From Bacillota bacterium (GTDB lineage: Bacteria > Bacillota > Sulfobacillia > Fermentithermobacillales > Fermentithermobacillaceae): 64,000 nucleotides of DNA. How positions within the stretch are numbered: the stretch's first letter is position 1; each line of letters starts with the position of its first letter. The stretch is taken from NCBI GenBank assembly GCA_012841065.1, contig DUVI01000053.1:43811-107810 (forward strand), read 5' to 3'. This document shows positions 47,907-57,742 of the stretch, piece by piece. The notes beneath the pieces are model-generated. The model saw only the letters and a list, made by a program, of their open reading frames with translations, was not told the DNA's origin and ran no database searches. The translations under genes were made by a program, and so were the position numbers.

Positions 47907-48628
47907 GATATTGTCTCTCCCGCCCTGGGGGTTGCCAGCAGACCTGTGTCGGGGACATATCCCGGCTCCGACAACACCCCGTTGTTTATATAGATGTGTC
48001 TGTTGCATATGGCGCCCACCAGTTCCGTTTGATGGGTGACTATCAAGACGGTAATCCCGGTGCTCCGGTTAATCCCTTGTATGAGTTCAAGAATTGACTC
48101 TGCAGTTTGCTTATCAAGGGCAGAGGTAGGCTCGTCCAGGATGAGTACTTCGGGCTGGGTAACCAATGCCCGTGCAATAGCTACCCTTTGCTTCTCCCCT
48201 CCCGATAGATGGGACGGCATAAACTGTTTCCTGTGGGAAAGCCCGACCATGTCAAGGGCCGTAGAAGCCAGCCCAGACGCTTCTTGCTTATCGTACCCCT
48301 GAATCTCCAGGGGAAGCATCACGTTCCTCAGAGCTGTCCTCGAAAACAACAGGTTATAACCTTGAAACACCACTCCGATTTTCATTCTCAGCCTTCTCAG
48401 TTCTTCTCCCGAAACCAGCAGCACATTGCTTCCCTTGAACAGGATCTGCCCTGAATCAGGGGTTTCAAGCAGAGCCAGACATCTTAGCAGGGTGGTTTTG
48501 CCTGCACCCGAAGGTCCGTAAATCCCCAGCACTTCGCCTGCTTCAGCCGAAAAGGTCACATTATCCAGCGCATGTACCGGTTCTGATGAAGTGTGAAATG
48601 TCTTGCTTAGTCCTTTGACAGATATCAC
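47900..48628 (-). CDS. metN: Methionine ABC transporter ATP-binding protein MetN (short form lacking C-terminal NIL domain)
   Basis: 242 aa with Walker A (GPSGAGKTT), the ABC signature (LSGGEKQRVAIARAL) and Walker B (ILILDE). GTG start with RBS AAGGGGGTGG. Confidence 0.9.
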   Translation of the reverse strand: MISVKGLSKTFHTSSEPVHALDNVTFSAEAGEVLGIYGPSGAGKTTLLRCLALLETPDSGQILFKGSNVLLVSGEELRRLRMKIGVVFQGYNLLFSRTALRNVMLPLEIQGYDKQEASGLASTALDMVGLSHRKQFMPSHLSGGEKQRVAIARALVTQPEVLILDEPTSALDKQTAESILELIQGINRSTGITVLIVTHQTELVGAICNRHIYINNGVLSEPGYVPDTGLLATPRAGETISC

Positions 48629-48644
48629 CGAGACACCACCCCCT

Positions 48645-48804
48645 TAAACAAAAAGCCTCTCTGACAAGAAGAGAGGCATGGTGTAAACCCCTTATCTGTC
48701 AGAACCAAGTCCTCTTACAGGTTCTGTTGGAGTTGGCACCTTCGCACTAAGTGCGGGTTGCCGCAGGGTCATTGGGCCAATTCCCTCACCTGCTCTGGAT
48801 AAGG
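48645..48804 (-). ncRNA. SAM-I (S-box) riboswitch with intrinsic terminator, leader of metNIQ
   Basis: Minus strand reads CCTTATCCAGAGCAGGTGAGGGAATTGGCCCAATGACCCTGCGGCAACC...AAGGTGCCAACTCCAACAG...GACAGATAAGG. This matches the S-box core (CUUAUCAAGAG.GG.GGAGGGA.UGGCCC.AUGA..CCC.GCAACC ... GGUGC.AA.UCC ... GAUAAG). It is followed by GCCTCTC-TTCTTGTCA-GAGAGGC and TTTTTGTTT. A TTGACA -35 lies at 48860-48865. Confidence 0.9.
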
Positions 48805-48949
48805 ACCAGATAATATTCAGTTGTTATATGAGTTAATACTTAGCACAACAAATGCGCACTGTCAACACCGGTTCCCGGTTTCTCCCGGTGACGAGCTCCC
48901 CTGGCCTCATTGGCCTCATCAAACACCCGCGGGGAAACGGCAGCCCAGG

Positions 48950-49906
48950 CTACACCAACCTAATGGCAAACTCCGGACATACGGGAGCACAGTAGCCGCA
49001 CAAGATGCACTTCTCTGCATGGTTGCCGGCCTTTCCGTCAATCACTTCCATAGCCATGTTGGGACAGATTTCTACGCAACGCCCACAACCCTTGCAAAAG
49101 ACCTGCACAATGAGTTTTTTCTCGCGAAGCGTAGTCTCCGCCAACTCCTCAGCAACCTCCTGATCGTTGAAAATGCACAGGTTCATGGTGAGCTCATCCC
49201 GGTTCACCATTCCAATTGCCACAGAACTCACGCCCGGCAAGTTCCTGACGTAATCTATGGCACCTCTTCTGTCGTCAAGCAGGTTCCCGCCTCCAAGCGC
49301 CTTCATCGCATAAACTCCCTTGCCTCTGAGAGAAGCCTGCCTTATGGCGCCTGCCATTTCGTCCCTGGTCCCATGCAAGATACCCAGGCCTTCTTTATTG
49401 ATAATGGGGAAAATCACATCAATTTCGCTAATGTCCATGGCCGCGCGAACCGCCGACACAGAATGGGTGGATATTCCTACTGCCCTGATAACACCCTTTG
49501 ACTTGCTGTCAACCAGGCATTCAAGGGCGCCTTGCCTTTCTTTAAACACGCTCGCATCTACCCTGGCTGCGTGAAGGTGGAAAATATCGATTACATCCCT
49601 GTCAAGCGCCGCTCTGGCTTCCTCTACTGCGGCTTTCATTTCCTCATATGTTGAAGCGGTTGATTTGGTTGCGATAACAACGTCATCCCGTTTGTGCTTG
49701 AGACTGTCTAAAGCTTGCCTGATATGGGGATAAGTCCCGTAGCTCTGGGCGGTATCCAAGAAGTTTATCCCGCTCAAAATCCCTTCCCGGATCAGTTGTC
49801 CGCCTTCTTCAGGGGAAAGCCCGAATTGGTTCGGTCCCATAGGCAGTACACCGAAACAAAGCTGGCTTACGCTGATTCCCGTGCCTCCAAGTACGTTGTG
49901 TTTCAT
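48950..49906 (-). CDS. Aldo/keto reductase fused to C-terminal 2x[4Fe-4S] ferredoxin domain (paralog 2)
   Basis: Same architecture as 38271-39221 (FLDTAQSYGTYPH ... CKGCGRCVEICP ... CILCGYCAPVCP). ATG 49906 with RBS GGAGGT. The track start 49978 is an extension. Confidence 0.8.
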   Translation of the reverse strand: MKHNVLGGTGISVSQLCFGVLPMGPNQFGLSPEEGGQLIREGILSGINFLDTAQSYGTYPHIRQALDSLKHKRDDVVIATKSTASTYEEMKAAVEEARAALDRDVIDIFHLHAARVDASVFKERQGALECLVDSKSKGVIRAVGISTHSVSAVRAAMDISEIDVIFPIINKEGLGILHGTRDEMAGAIRQASLRGKGVYAMKALGGGNLLDDRRGAIDYVRNLPGVSSVAIGMVNRDELTMNLCIFNDQEVAEELAETTLREKKLIVQVFCKGCGRCVEICPNMAMEVIDGKAGNHAEKCILCGYCAPVCPEFAIRLV

Positions 49907-49991
49907 CTTGATACCTCCGGGTGCAAAGCCTTCTATTGACTTCCTCGGTACCATTATAATGGAATCAACAGCAGACAAGGGATGATCTTGT

Positions 49992-51176
49992 GTGGTTGCA
50001 CCTGAAACTGATTACAGATGCATAATTCACATTGATGCAGATGCCTTCTTCGCCTCTGTGGAACAAAGAGACAACCCGGATCTCAAGGGAAAGCCGGTAA
50101 TCATAGGTTTTCCCCACGGCAGAGGCGTGGTATCTACTTGCTCGTATGAGGCCAGGGTGTACGGGGTGCGCTCCGCAATGCCTGCAGTCCAAGCGTACCG
50201 GTTATGCCCGAACGGAATCTTCATCAAGCCACGTATGGAAAGGTACAAGCAAGTCTCCGATGCCATGTTCGATATCTTTGACAGGTACTCTCCGGTAATT
50301 GAGAAGCTGTCCATCGACGAAGCTTTCATAGATGCATCAGGAGAAGACGGGGTACAAATCGCAGCTGCCATACGCAGGGATGTGAAGCACGAACTTGGAA
50401 TCACGGTGTCAGCCGGTGTGTCGTATTGCAAGTTCGTGGCCAAACTCGCATCAGACTCATGCAAGCCAGACGGGCTCAGGCGCGTTTCCAGGGAAGAAGC
50501 CCAGAGTTTTCTCGACAACCTGCCTGTATCTCGCCTCCCGGGGATCGGCCCCAAGACAAAATCCAAATTAGACACCCTGGGAATATCTACAATCGGCGCC
50601 CTGAGGCAAATGCCCGAAACTTGGTTTGTAAGGGTTTTTGGCAAGTCCGCCAAACGGTTTCAGGATATGGCGAGGGGCATCGATAATGAGCCTGTAACTC
50701 CCTGGAGAGAGCCAAAGTCCGTAAGTGAGGAAAATACCTTCGAGAAGGATATAGACAGCACGGAGGCGCTCAAAGGGCACCTTGCTATACTGGCTCAAAA
50801 TGTTGCATTCAGGCTGCGGAAGGCACGCCTCAAGTGCAGGACTGTAGGCATCAAAATCCGGTTCCACAACTTCTCCACAATAACAAGGGAACACACACTG
50901 TCGGAACCGGTATCGTCCGACGCAGAGATATTTCACGAGGCCAAGGCCCTTCTAGAAGCAGCCGCACCTGAAAAACCAGTAAGGTTGCTTGGCGTTACTG
51001 CAAAAGGGCTGGTTCCGGAAACTTCGAGGCAAGCACCGCTTTTTGAGCCCCCTGAATCTCCTTGGGACGATATCTCCAGATCAATGGACCGGTTGCGCAA
51101 CAAATACGGCAAACCTGTAGTTCTGCTGGGTTCTTGCTTAAGGTCACGCACAGAAAAAGAGCAAGACACGGGCTAA
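49992..51176 (+). CDS. dinB: DNA polymerase IV (Y-family)
   Basis: 394 aa containing IIHIDADAFFASVEQ and SIDEAF motifs. GTG start. Confidence 0.9.
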   Translation: MVAPETDYRCIIHIDADAFFASVEQRDNPDLKGKPVIIGFPHGRGVVSTCSYEARVYGVRSAMPAVQAYRLCPNGIFIKPRMERYKQVSDAMFDIFDRYSPVIEKLSIDEAFIDASGEDGVQIAAAIRRDVKHELGITVSAGVSYCKFVAKLASDSCKPDGLRRVSREEAQSFLDNLPVSRLPGIGPKTKSKLDTLGISTIGALRQMPETWFVRVFGKSAKRFQDMARGIDNEPVTPWREPKSVSEENTFEKDIDSTEALKGHLAILAQNVAFRLRKARLKCRTVGIKIRFHNFSTITREHTLSEPVSSDAEIFHEAKALLEAAAPEKPVRLLGVTAKGLVPETSRQAPLFEPPESPWDDISRSMDRLRNKYGKPVVLLGSCLRSRTEKEQDTG

Positions 51177-51285
51177 GTAGACAGCAGGCCTTCCGAAAAA
51201 CCGGGGAGTCTGATACGGGTCTTCCGGAAAGCCTGGAAGTCTTGCAATGTGCTTCAAGGGACGTACCGGCTGTGCCTGCGTCAAC

Positions 51286-52464
51286 TTACCTCTCAACTAT
51301 CACCGCTATCCCCATTCCCCCGCCGATACACATGGTGGCCAGGCCCTTCTTTGCGCCACGTTTCTTCATCTCATGCAGCAAAGTAACAAGTATCCTGGCA
51401 CCGCTGGCTCCGATGGGGTGTCCCAGGGCGATTGCACCTCCGTTGACGTTCACTATGGAAGGGTCGAGCCCCAGGTCTCTTATGCCTGCAAGAGTAGTGG
51501 AGGTAAAAGCTTCGTTTAGCTCTATCAGGTCGATGTCAGCAATATCTAGCCCGGCCTTTTTCAAGGCCTTCAAAGTTGCAGGCACAGGCCCTGTACCCAT
51601 TATTTCGGGCTGCACACCTGCCGATGCGTAAGCTTTGATGGTAGCCATAGGCTCTATGTTGAGTTGCCTTGCCTTTTCAGCTGACATTACCACCAATGCC
51701 GCAGCGCCATCGTTTATTCCCGAGGCGTTGCCGGCGGTTACCGTACCGTCTTTCTTGAAAGCCGGACGCAACCTGGCCAGTTTCTCCGCTGTAGTGCCAA
51801 ACCGTGGGTATTCATCCTGGTCAAAAACCACCGGGTCTGCTTTTCTTTGGGGAACCTCGACAGGCACAATCTCATCTTCGAAACGGCCTGACTTGATAGC
51901 TTCCTCTGCCCTGTTTTGGCTGAGCGCCGCGTAGGCATCTTGCTCCTCCCGGGTGATGCCCCACTTTTCTGCAACATTTTCCGCGGTGATCCCCATGTGA
52001 GTATCACCGAAAATGCACCACAGCCCATCCAAGATCATGGAATCGATGAGTTCAGCGTGGCCCATCCTATACCCGTACCTGGCCTTGGGCAACAAGTAGG
52101 GCGCCATGTTCATGTTCTCAGTGCCGCCGGCCACTACTACGTCAGCATCTCCTGCAGCAATGGCCTGGGCAGCCATAACAACCGCTTTCAATCCTGAGCC
52201 ACACACCTTGTTTACCGTCATACACGGAACCTCAACTGGAACACCTGCATACAAAGCGGCCTGCCTTGCGACGTTCTGCCCCTGCCCTGCGCCTATCACG
52301 TTCCCCATTATCACTTCGTCCACCATGGAAGCATCGATGCCTGCACGCTTGACAGCTTCCTTGACCACGATTGCACCCAGGCGGCTTGCAGGCATATTAG
52401 ACAGAGTGCCTCCAAATGCCCCTATAGCAGTCCTCACTCCACTTACTATCACGGCTTGCCTCAC
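51286..52464 (-). CDS. Acetyl-CoA C-acetyltransferase (thiolase II)
   Basis: 392 aa with an active-site Cys region ([10 protein letters not shown]) and a C-terminal GGGMGIA. Confidence 0.9.
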   Translation of the reverse strand: MRQAVIVSGVRTAIGAFGGTLSNMPASRLGAIVVKEAVKRAGIDASMVDEVIMGNVIGAGQGQNVARQAALYAGVPVEVPCMTVNKVCGSGLKAVVMAAQAIAAGDADVVVAGGTENMNMAPYLLPKARYGYRMGHAELIDSMILDGLWCIFGDTHMGITAENVAEKWGITREEQDAYAALSQNRAEEAIKSGRFEDEIVPVEVPQRKADPVVFDQDEYPRFGTTAEKLARLRPAFKKDGTVTAGNASGINDGAAALVVMSAEKARQLNIEPMATIKAYASAGVQPEIMGTGPVPATLKALKKAGLDIADIDLIELNEAFTSTTLAGIRDLGLDPSIVNVNGGAIALGHPIGASGARILVTLLHEMKKRGAKKGLATMCIGGGMGIAVIVER

Positions 52465-52479
52465 TGTGTTCCGCCCCCT

Positions 52480-53253
52480 TCAGCTTGCCTGACGTCCAAT
52501 GATATACCTCATGGGATCTACTTCTTCCCTGAGTATCCTCAACTCCTGCCCGGTAGGCGCCAAAGATGTCTTGAGATCCTCATCCCACAGCAGTTGGAAA
52601 CCAGTGTTCTTGATGATATCTTCCTTGGTTATCCCCGGATGGACTGATTCCACCTTCATCTGCTTGGTCTCATCATCGAACCCCATCACACACAAATTGG
52701 TGATCACTTTGTAAGGACCGGTACCAGGCGGAAGCCCCGCTTCCTTTCTTGCCCCGGGGCCCGTCAGGTATCCGGGTGTTGTGATGAAATCCACCTTCTC
52801 GACAAACCGCCTCACGTCGTGGGGTGTGATTACAAGCGTGTGCCAGCACAGGGAAGCCAAATCATTCGCGCCTCCCGAGCCTGGAAAACGAACCTTCGGC
52901 CGTCTGAAATCGCCGATCACCGTGGAGTTTATGTTTCCATACTTGTCGATTTGGGCTCCGCCCAAGAAGCAGTAGTCGATGAGGCCCCGTTGGCACGTCT
53001 CCATGATTTCAGGCATACTGGAGGCCATAATCGCCTTGTGGAACGTGCGTGAATCGCCTACCGAAATCGGCATAGTGGGCAGCTGCGGCCCTATCCCCCC
53101 TGCCTCAAACAAGATCATCAGGTTAGGTGCATGGGTTTTCTGGGCCAGCATTGCTGCGGCACACGGTGCACCTGTGCCGACAACCACAGTAGATCCGTCT
53201 TCCAGGATTCTGGAAGCCAGGCAAATCATGAGTTCCATGGGATTGTAGTCCAC
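52480..53253 (-). CDS. CoA-transferase subunit B (family I, AtoA/GctB-like)
   Basis: 257 aa with a beta-subunit sequence (ESVHPG, catalytic Glu region). Confidence 0.85.
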   Translation of the reverse strand: MDYNPMELMICLASRILEDGSTVVVGTGAPCAAAMLAQKTHAPNLMILFEAGGIGPQLPTMPISVGDSRTFHKAIMASSMPEIMETCQRGLIDYCFLGGAQIDKYGNINSTVIGDFRRPKVRFPGSGGANDLASLCWHTLVITPHDVRRFVEKVDFITTPGYLTGPGARKEAGLPPGTGPYKVITNLCVMGFDDETKQMKVESVHPGITKEDIIKNTGFQLLWDEDLKTSLAPTGQELRILREEVDPMRYIIGRQAS

Positions 53254-53318
53254 GGAGAACCCCCCTTTCCTATTTCAGGACCACGCGCCCTGTACGTCAA
53301 TCCGGTTACAAAACGCCG

Positions 53319-54332
53319 TTACATGGCAACCTGGTCAGGCTCTTGTTCATGAATGAACTCGAGTTTGCGCAGTTCAAGCAACTTTTCCCATCCGCCGCAT
53401 AGTTCAATATACTCACTGAAGTTCTTGGTGCCGAAAACATACTTCTGCAAGAAAGGCTCCAATGTGCTTGCATGCCCGTCAGACGCCAGCCATTGTCTTA
53501 GGTGCTCCTCGTCAGAGAAATACTCATAGGGCATATTTCCGGGATAACTGCCGTAGGGCACATGACACACCGCATCGACGCAGTAATAAGGGATGAGCGT
53601 GCGCGATGGGTCTTTCCGTATCTCCTCGTTGTCTATGATTCTCTCGGTGGTGAGGATCACCCGCTTGGCAGCCCTGGCGACATCGAAGTCAGAAACGGTA
53701 ATTCCGTCGATTTGTGCGTTTCCGAACTTGTCTGCCCTGTGAACATGGATGATGGCCACATCAGGGTACAGCGCCGGAAGCGCCAAGAGTTTCTTGCCTG
53801 TGAACGGGCAGTGTATTTGTTTCGCTGCACTGTACTTGAATGTATCAGTGCCAAACATCACCCTGGCGGGCATGAAAGGGATCCCCATGGCCGCAGCCCT
53901 GTACCGCCACGCAAGAGCTGCGTTCGTCCACTCGCACACTTCTATATGCGCCTCTTCAAACAGCCGCCTGGCGGCCTTGGAGAGCCCCCTGGCTTCCAAT
54001 CCTACGACATAAGCCACATCAACCCGGTTTATGGCCCCGCCTGCAGCCAGGATTTGAAAATCATGCGTGGCGGTGTGGCCTGAGAGACCCAACTCCTTCT
54101 TCCCCTGCCTCAAAATCTCGTGAAGCACCGCTGTGGGGATACGGTTGGTTCCAAACCCTCCGATGGCTACATAGTCGCCGTCGCTTATGAACAAAGAAAC
54201 CGCCTGGCTCACATCCATAAGCTTGTCTTTCATTACCCTGGACTTGGAGCGGAAATACTCCCTGGCTTTATCCGGATCAGGATCGGTAAAAAGCTTTCCG
54301 ACTCCCACGTCGCTTGCCAAGTCCTCAGACAT
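53319..54332 (-). CDS. CoA-transferase subunit A (family I, AtoD/GctA-like)
   Basis: Starts MSEDLAS at ATG 54332 after RBS GAAGGAGG. The longer ORF to 54380 would run through the sigma-54 promoter. Confidence 0.85.
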   Translation of the reverse strand: MSEDLASDVGVGKLFTDPDPDKAREYFRSKSRVMKDKLMDVSQAVSLFISDGDYVAIGGFGTNRIPTAVLHEILRQGKKELGLSGHTATHDFQILAAGGAINRVDVAYVVGLEARGLSKAARRLFEEAHIEVCEWTNAALAWRYRAAAMGIPFMPARVMFGTDTFKYSAAKQIHCPFTGKKLLALPALYPDVAIIHVHRADKFGNAQIDGITVSDFDVARAAKRVILTTERIIDNEEIRKDPSRTLIPYYCVDAVCHVPYGSYPGNMPYEYFSDEEHLRQWLASDGHASTLEPFLQKYVFGTKNFSEYIELCGGWEKLLELRKLEFIHEQEPDQVAM

Positions 54333-54363
54333 GATGCGCACCTCCTTCAGCAACATCCATACA

Positions 54364-54379
54364 TGCAACTTGCATGCCA
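54364..54379 (-). promoter_or_regulatory. Sigma-54 (-24/-12) promoter for the CoA-transferase/thiolase operon
   Basis: Minus strand reads TGGCAT-GCAAG-TTGCA, a canonical GG-N10-GC element with correct spacing. It lies 32 nt upstream of the ctfA-like start codon and downstream of the sigma-54 activator gene. Confidence 0.8.
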
Positions 54380-54508
54380 AGGTTGCGAACTCACCGGATA
54401 AACAGGCTTATGCCCTTTTGCTGCTGAGAAAACGCAGTGCTGTCTTGTATACCGATGTGGGTCTGTGGGAAGCCAAGTAAGCTCAGTGTGTAGTAGGCTT
54501 CACAGTCA

Positions 54509-55936
54509 TCACTTGATGCCGTACTCTCTGAGCTTGGTGTAAAGGGTCCTCCTGGACACTTTCAGGTATTCGGCAGCCAGTGTGCGGTTGCCTTGGAACT
54601 TGTCCAAAGCGTGGCATATCAGGTGCTTTTCAATGCGAGCCCAGGCACGTTGTCTGATCTGGGTCAGCCCCAAACCAGGCTCACACTCAAGAAATTCCTC
54701 AAGACTTCCGCCAGGCTTCATCCGGGAAGGTCCTGCTGAAAGGTCCCGGGCTTGGGAAGGCCAATCAGGGTCCCACAGAAATGCCGGCAGATCCTTCTTG
54801 CTTACAACCGGCCCATTGCACAGCAGCGACAGCTGCTGCATTATATTCTTAAGCTCCCTCACATTCCCGGGCCACGGGTATGACACGAGAACGTCCATTG
54901 CATCGTCTTCAATCGTCAAAGGGGCGGTGTTCCGTTTGCCTGCAAATTCCTTGAGAAAATGCTTGGCAAGCACTGGAATGTCTTCTTTTCGCTCTCTCAA
55001 AGGCGGGATGGTTATGGGAAACACTGCAAGCCGGAAATACAGGTCTTGCCTGAACTTCCCCGTCCGGACCTCTTCGCGAAGATCCTTGTTGGTGGCGGCT
55101 ACTATCCTTACATCGATTGGCAACCGCCTGGTGCCGCCAAGCCGGTCGATTTGGTTCTCTTCCAATGCCCGTAAGATCTTAGGTTGCATGGGCAAAGGCA
55201 GTTCCCCCACTTCATCCAGGAACACCGTGCCACCATGAGCGAGTTCGAACTTGCCTGGTTTTGTCCTCCGCGCTCCTGAAAATGCCCCTTCTTCGTAACC
55301 GAAAAGCTCGCTTTCAAGCAGATGCTCCGGGAGGGCAGCGCAGTTGACCGGCACAAACGGCTTATCCTTCCTCGCTGACGCGTAATGGATCGCTTTGGCC
55401 ACAATTTCTTTCCCGGTTCCGCTTTCGCCCTGCACCAGGACGCATACGTCGCTGGTTGAAACCCGCTCGATTACAGAAAACATCTTTATCATCTTAGGAG
55501 AAACGGTGATGATGTTCTTGAGGTGAAACTTGTCTTCAAGTTCCCGCCGCAAGCGAGTAACTTCAACAGTGAGCCTGGCATACCTGAGCGCACCTTGGAC
55601 GACGTGCTTGAGTTCTTCAACATCAAAGGGTTTGGTGATGTAATCGTAAGCTCCGGACTTCATGGCTTGGACGGCAGTTTTCACTTCGCCGTAAGCCGTC
55701 ATGATTATCACAGGGCCCTGATATCCTTGGAGTTTGATTCGCTCAAGCGCCTGCAGGCCGCTCATACCGGGCAGCCTGAGATCGAGCATCACAAGATGAA
55801 CTTCCTGATCCCGTACGGTTTGTATCCCTTCCTCTGCGGTTTGGGCGCCCAGCACTTCGAAGCCATCTCCGAAGATCTCGCGAAACAGCCACACTATGTT
55901 GCTCTCGTCGTCGATCACCAGTATCCTCTCTCTCAT
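54509..55936 (-). CDS. Sigma-54-dependent response regulator (NtrC/AtoC family: REC + AAA+ + Fis-HTH)
   Basis: A receiver domain (ILVIDDE...LVMLDLRLPG), an AAA+ region with GESGTGKE and the GAFSGA (GAFTGA-type) sigma-54 contact motif, and a C-terminal HTH. ATG 55936. Confidence 0.9.
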   Translation of the reverse strand: MRERILVIDDESNIVWLFREIFGDGFEVLGAQTAEEGIQTVRDQEVHLVMLDLRLPGMSGLQALERIKLQGYQGPVIIMTAYGEVKTAVQAMKSGAYDYITKPFDVEELKHVVQGALRYARLTVEVTRLRRELEDKFHLKNIITVSPKMIKMFSVIERVSTSDVCVLVQGESGTGKEIVAKAIHYASARKDKPFVPVNCAALPEHLLESELFGYEEGAFSGARRTKPGKFELAHGGTVFLDEVGELPLPMQPKILRALEENQIDRLGGTRRLPIDVRIVAATNKDLREEVRTGKFRQDLYFRLAVFPITIPPLRERKEDIPVLAKHFLKEFAGKRNTAPLTIEDDAMDVLVSYPWPGNVRELKNIMQQLSLLCNGPVVSKKDLPAFLWDPDWPSQARDLSAGPSRMKPGGSLEEFLECEPGLGLTQIRQRAWARIEKHLICHALDKFQGNRTLAAEYLKVSRRTLYTKLREYGIK

Positions 55937-55953
55937 TTCTCCTCCTGAGACTA

Positions 55954-57669
55954 TCACTGTGCAGACACTACGGGCAGCCTGATCCAAAAGCAACTGCCCT
56001 TGCCCGGAGTTGAATCCACTTCCAGAAAACCTTGATGCTCATAGATAATCCTCTGTACCAGTGGAAGCCCAAGCCCGGTGCCATCCTTTCTCGTGGTGAA
56101 GAACATATCGAAAATTTGAGGCCTGTGTTCAGGAGGCATACCGATGCCCGTGTCTTCGATCGAAACGGTAAGGTACTTCGAATCAGCAACCCAATGCGCC
56201 CTCACGCTGAGGATCCCTCCTCCGGGCATGGCCTGTATACCGTTGATAAACAAGTTCATGAACGCCTGTATGAGATGTTCCGAATCAGCCATAACATCCG
56301 GAATATAGTCTGACGCAGTAAATTCAACGACAGTGTTGTTTATCTTGGCGTAGGGCGAAATCAGGTCGCACGCACGCTTGAGGATAGGAATCACATCTAC
56401 CCGGGACATTTGAGGTTGGGAAAACCTTGAAAAATTCAGCAGTGAGTCAATAGTCCTGTCTATTCTCTCGATCTCGTCCAGCACTATCGCCGAAAACTTG
56501 CGTAAGAAACCGCGGTCATCCAAGCGTTCAGGCAATAGGGACACGGCACCTTTCACCACTGTCAGAGGGTTCCTTACTTCATGGGCAATAGCAGCGGCCA
56601 GCTCGCCTACTGTTGCCAGCCTTTCGATACGCTCCAAACGCTCTTCCTGGGCCCTTGCTTCTTTTAGGTCTTCCAAGATTATTATGTGGCCGTAGTTTTC
56701 AGCATTCCCCGATCCAGAACCCTCCCGTTGAGGCATGGCCACCCCGGTAGTCACCATGGTTACCAGTCTCTCCGCCCCGCCGGCGAGCACAGGCACATTC
56801 ACAAACCTGTTCTTGGCGCCCTCTACAGGATCATCCAGGGCAAAATGGGGATCGATACCGAACCTGGGCAGCATGTCCCGTACAGGCATTGAGACAATCT
56901 CGTCAGGAGGGATGCCTAATATGTCTCTGATGCCCGATGAAGCAAAGCTTATGAGTCCGTCAGGTTCAACAAGAATCACCGCAAGGCTCAGGCTGTCAAG
57001 GAAAAGCTTGAGATAGCTTTCGAGCCGTTCGAGCCCTGCGATCATGCTGCCCGGCCCGTCGCCCGATCCTTCTGCTTTGAACAGGAGCACCCGCGATGCA
57101 AACAAGAGCAGCCCTGTGAGCCCTAGCAGGGGTTCGATGTTTTCTGAAAAGAACACTTCCCTGGCGCCCATCCGTATCTGGGAATACACGTCTTCCAGGG
57201 TTTCATTGGCCCAAACAAAGCCTATGGCTTCACCGTTGCGGATGAGGGGCCGCATGCAGTTCATTATTTCCCCGCGGACCATGGATCCTATGCCTACAGT
57301 TTCTTTGCCTGAAGCCATGGCCTGCCAGCCGATGTGATCCGGGCCAAGGTCCATCCCCACTTTGGAACCGAACCGTTCACTTGGCCCATATGCGACTATG
57401 GCCCGCAACTCTTTCGAGTAATATCCTGCTCCCACTCCACGATAGGAGGAAGATACCATGTCTGCAAAAGGCGCAAGCGTCTTGTTCAAAGCGGCAATCT
57501 TGTATTCCCGGCTCCCGTCCTCGACAATGTCATCAAAACCGCCTGCCAGGTAACAATCCAGGAGCCTCGTGATGCCAAACAGTTTTTCTGCTTTCTCCTC
57601 AATGAGGGCAGCCTCAGCTTTTTGAACGAGAAGATACCTTGATTTCACCTTGGCATTCACCTGTCCCAC
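55954..57669 (-). CDS. Sensor histidine kinase (GAF-like/PAS sensory region + HisKA + HATPase_c)
   Basis: H-box (ELAAAIAHEVRNPL), N-box and G-boxes (DTGIGMP, GTGLGLPLV). No obvious TM segment, so probably cytoplasmic. Confidence 0.85.
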   Translation of the reverse strand: MGQVNAKVKSRYLLVQKAEAALIEEKAEKLFGITRLLDCYLAGGFDDIVEDGSREYKIAALNKTLAPFADMVSSSYRGVGAGYYSKELRAIVAYGPSERFGSKVGMDLGPDHIGWQAMASGKETVGIGSMVRGEIMNCMRPLIRNGEAIGFVWANETLEDVYSQIRMGAREVFFSENIEPLLGLTGLLLFASRVLLFKAEGSGDGPGSMIAGLERLESYLKLFLDSLSLAVILVEPDGLISFASSGIRDILGIPPDEIVSMPVRDMLPRFGIDPHFALDDPVEGAKNRFVNVPVLAGGAERLVTMVTTGVAMPQREGSGSGNAENYGHIIILEDLKEARAQEERLERIERLATVGELAAAIAHEVRNPLTVVKGAVSLLPERLDDRGFLRKFSAIVLDEIERIDRTIDSLLNFSRFSQPQMSRVDVIPILKRACDLISPYAKINNTVVEFTASDYIPDVMADSEHLIQAFMNLFINGIQAMPGGGILSVRAHWVADSKYLTVSIEDTGIGMPPEHRPQIFDMFFTTRKDGTGLGLPLVQRIIYEHQGFLEVDSTPGKGSCFWIRLPVVSAQ

Positions 57670-57742
57670 AAGGGCTTTACATGTTCACCTGTTCTACGCG
57701 CTCCGGAAAGTTCCCTTGTACGATCAAGAAATAATAAGCACT

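Noticed and set aside
48880-48900. CCCGCGGG palindrome downstream of the AKR-ferredoxin paralog 2
   Set aside because: It is only 8 bp with no loop or U tract. It is probably incidental rather than a terminator or operator.
51177-51285. TTCCGGAA-containing imperfect hairpin between the convergent dinB and thiolase genes
   Set aside because: The stem is interrupted and not followed by a U tract on either strand. It is a weak candidate at best for a bidirectional terminator.
54333-54380. N-terminal extension MACKLHVWMLLKEVRI of the CoA-transferase A ORF
   Set aside because: The codons are the sigma-54 -24/-12 element (TTGGCATGCAAGTTGCATG) and the RBS. The real start is ATG 54332.
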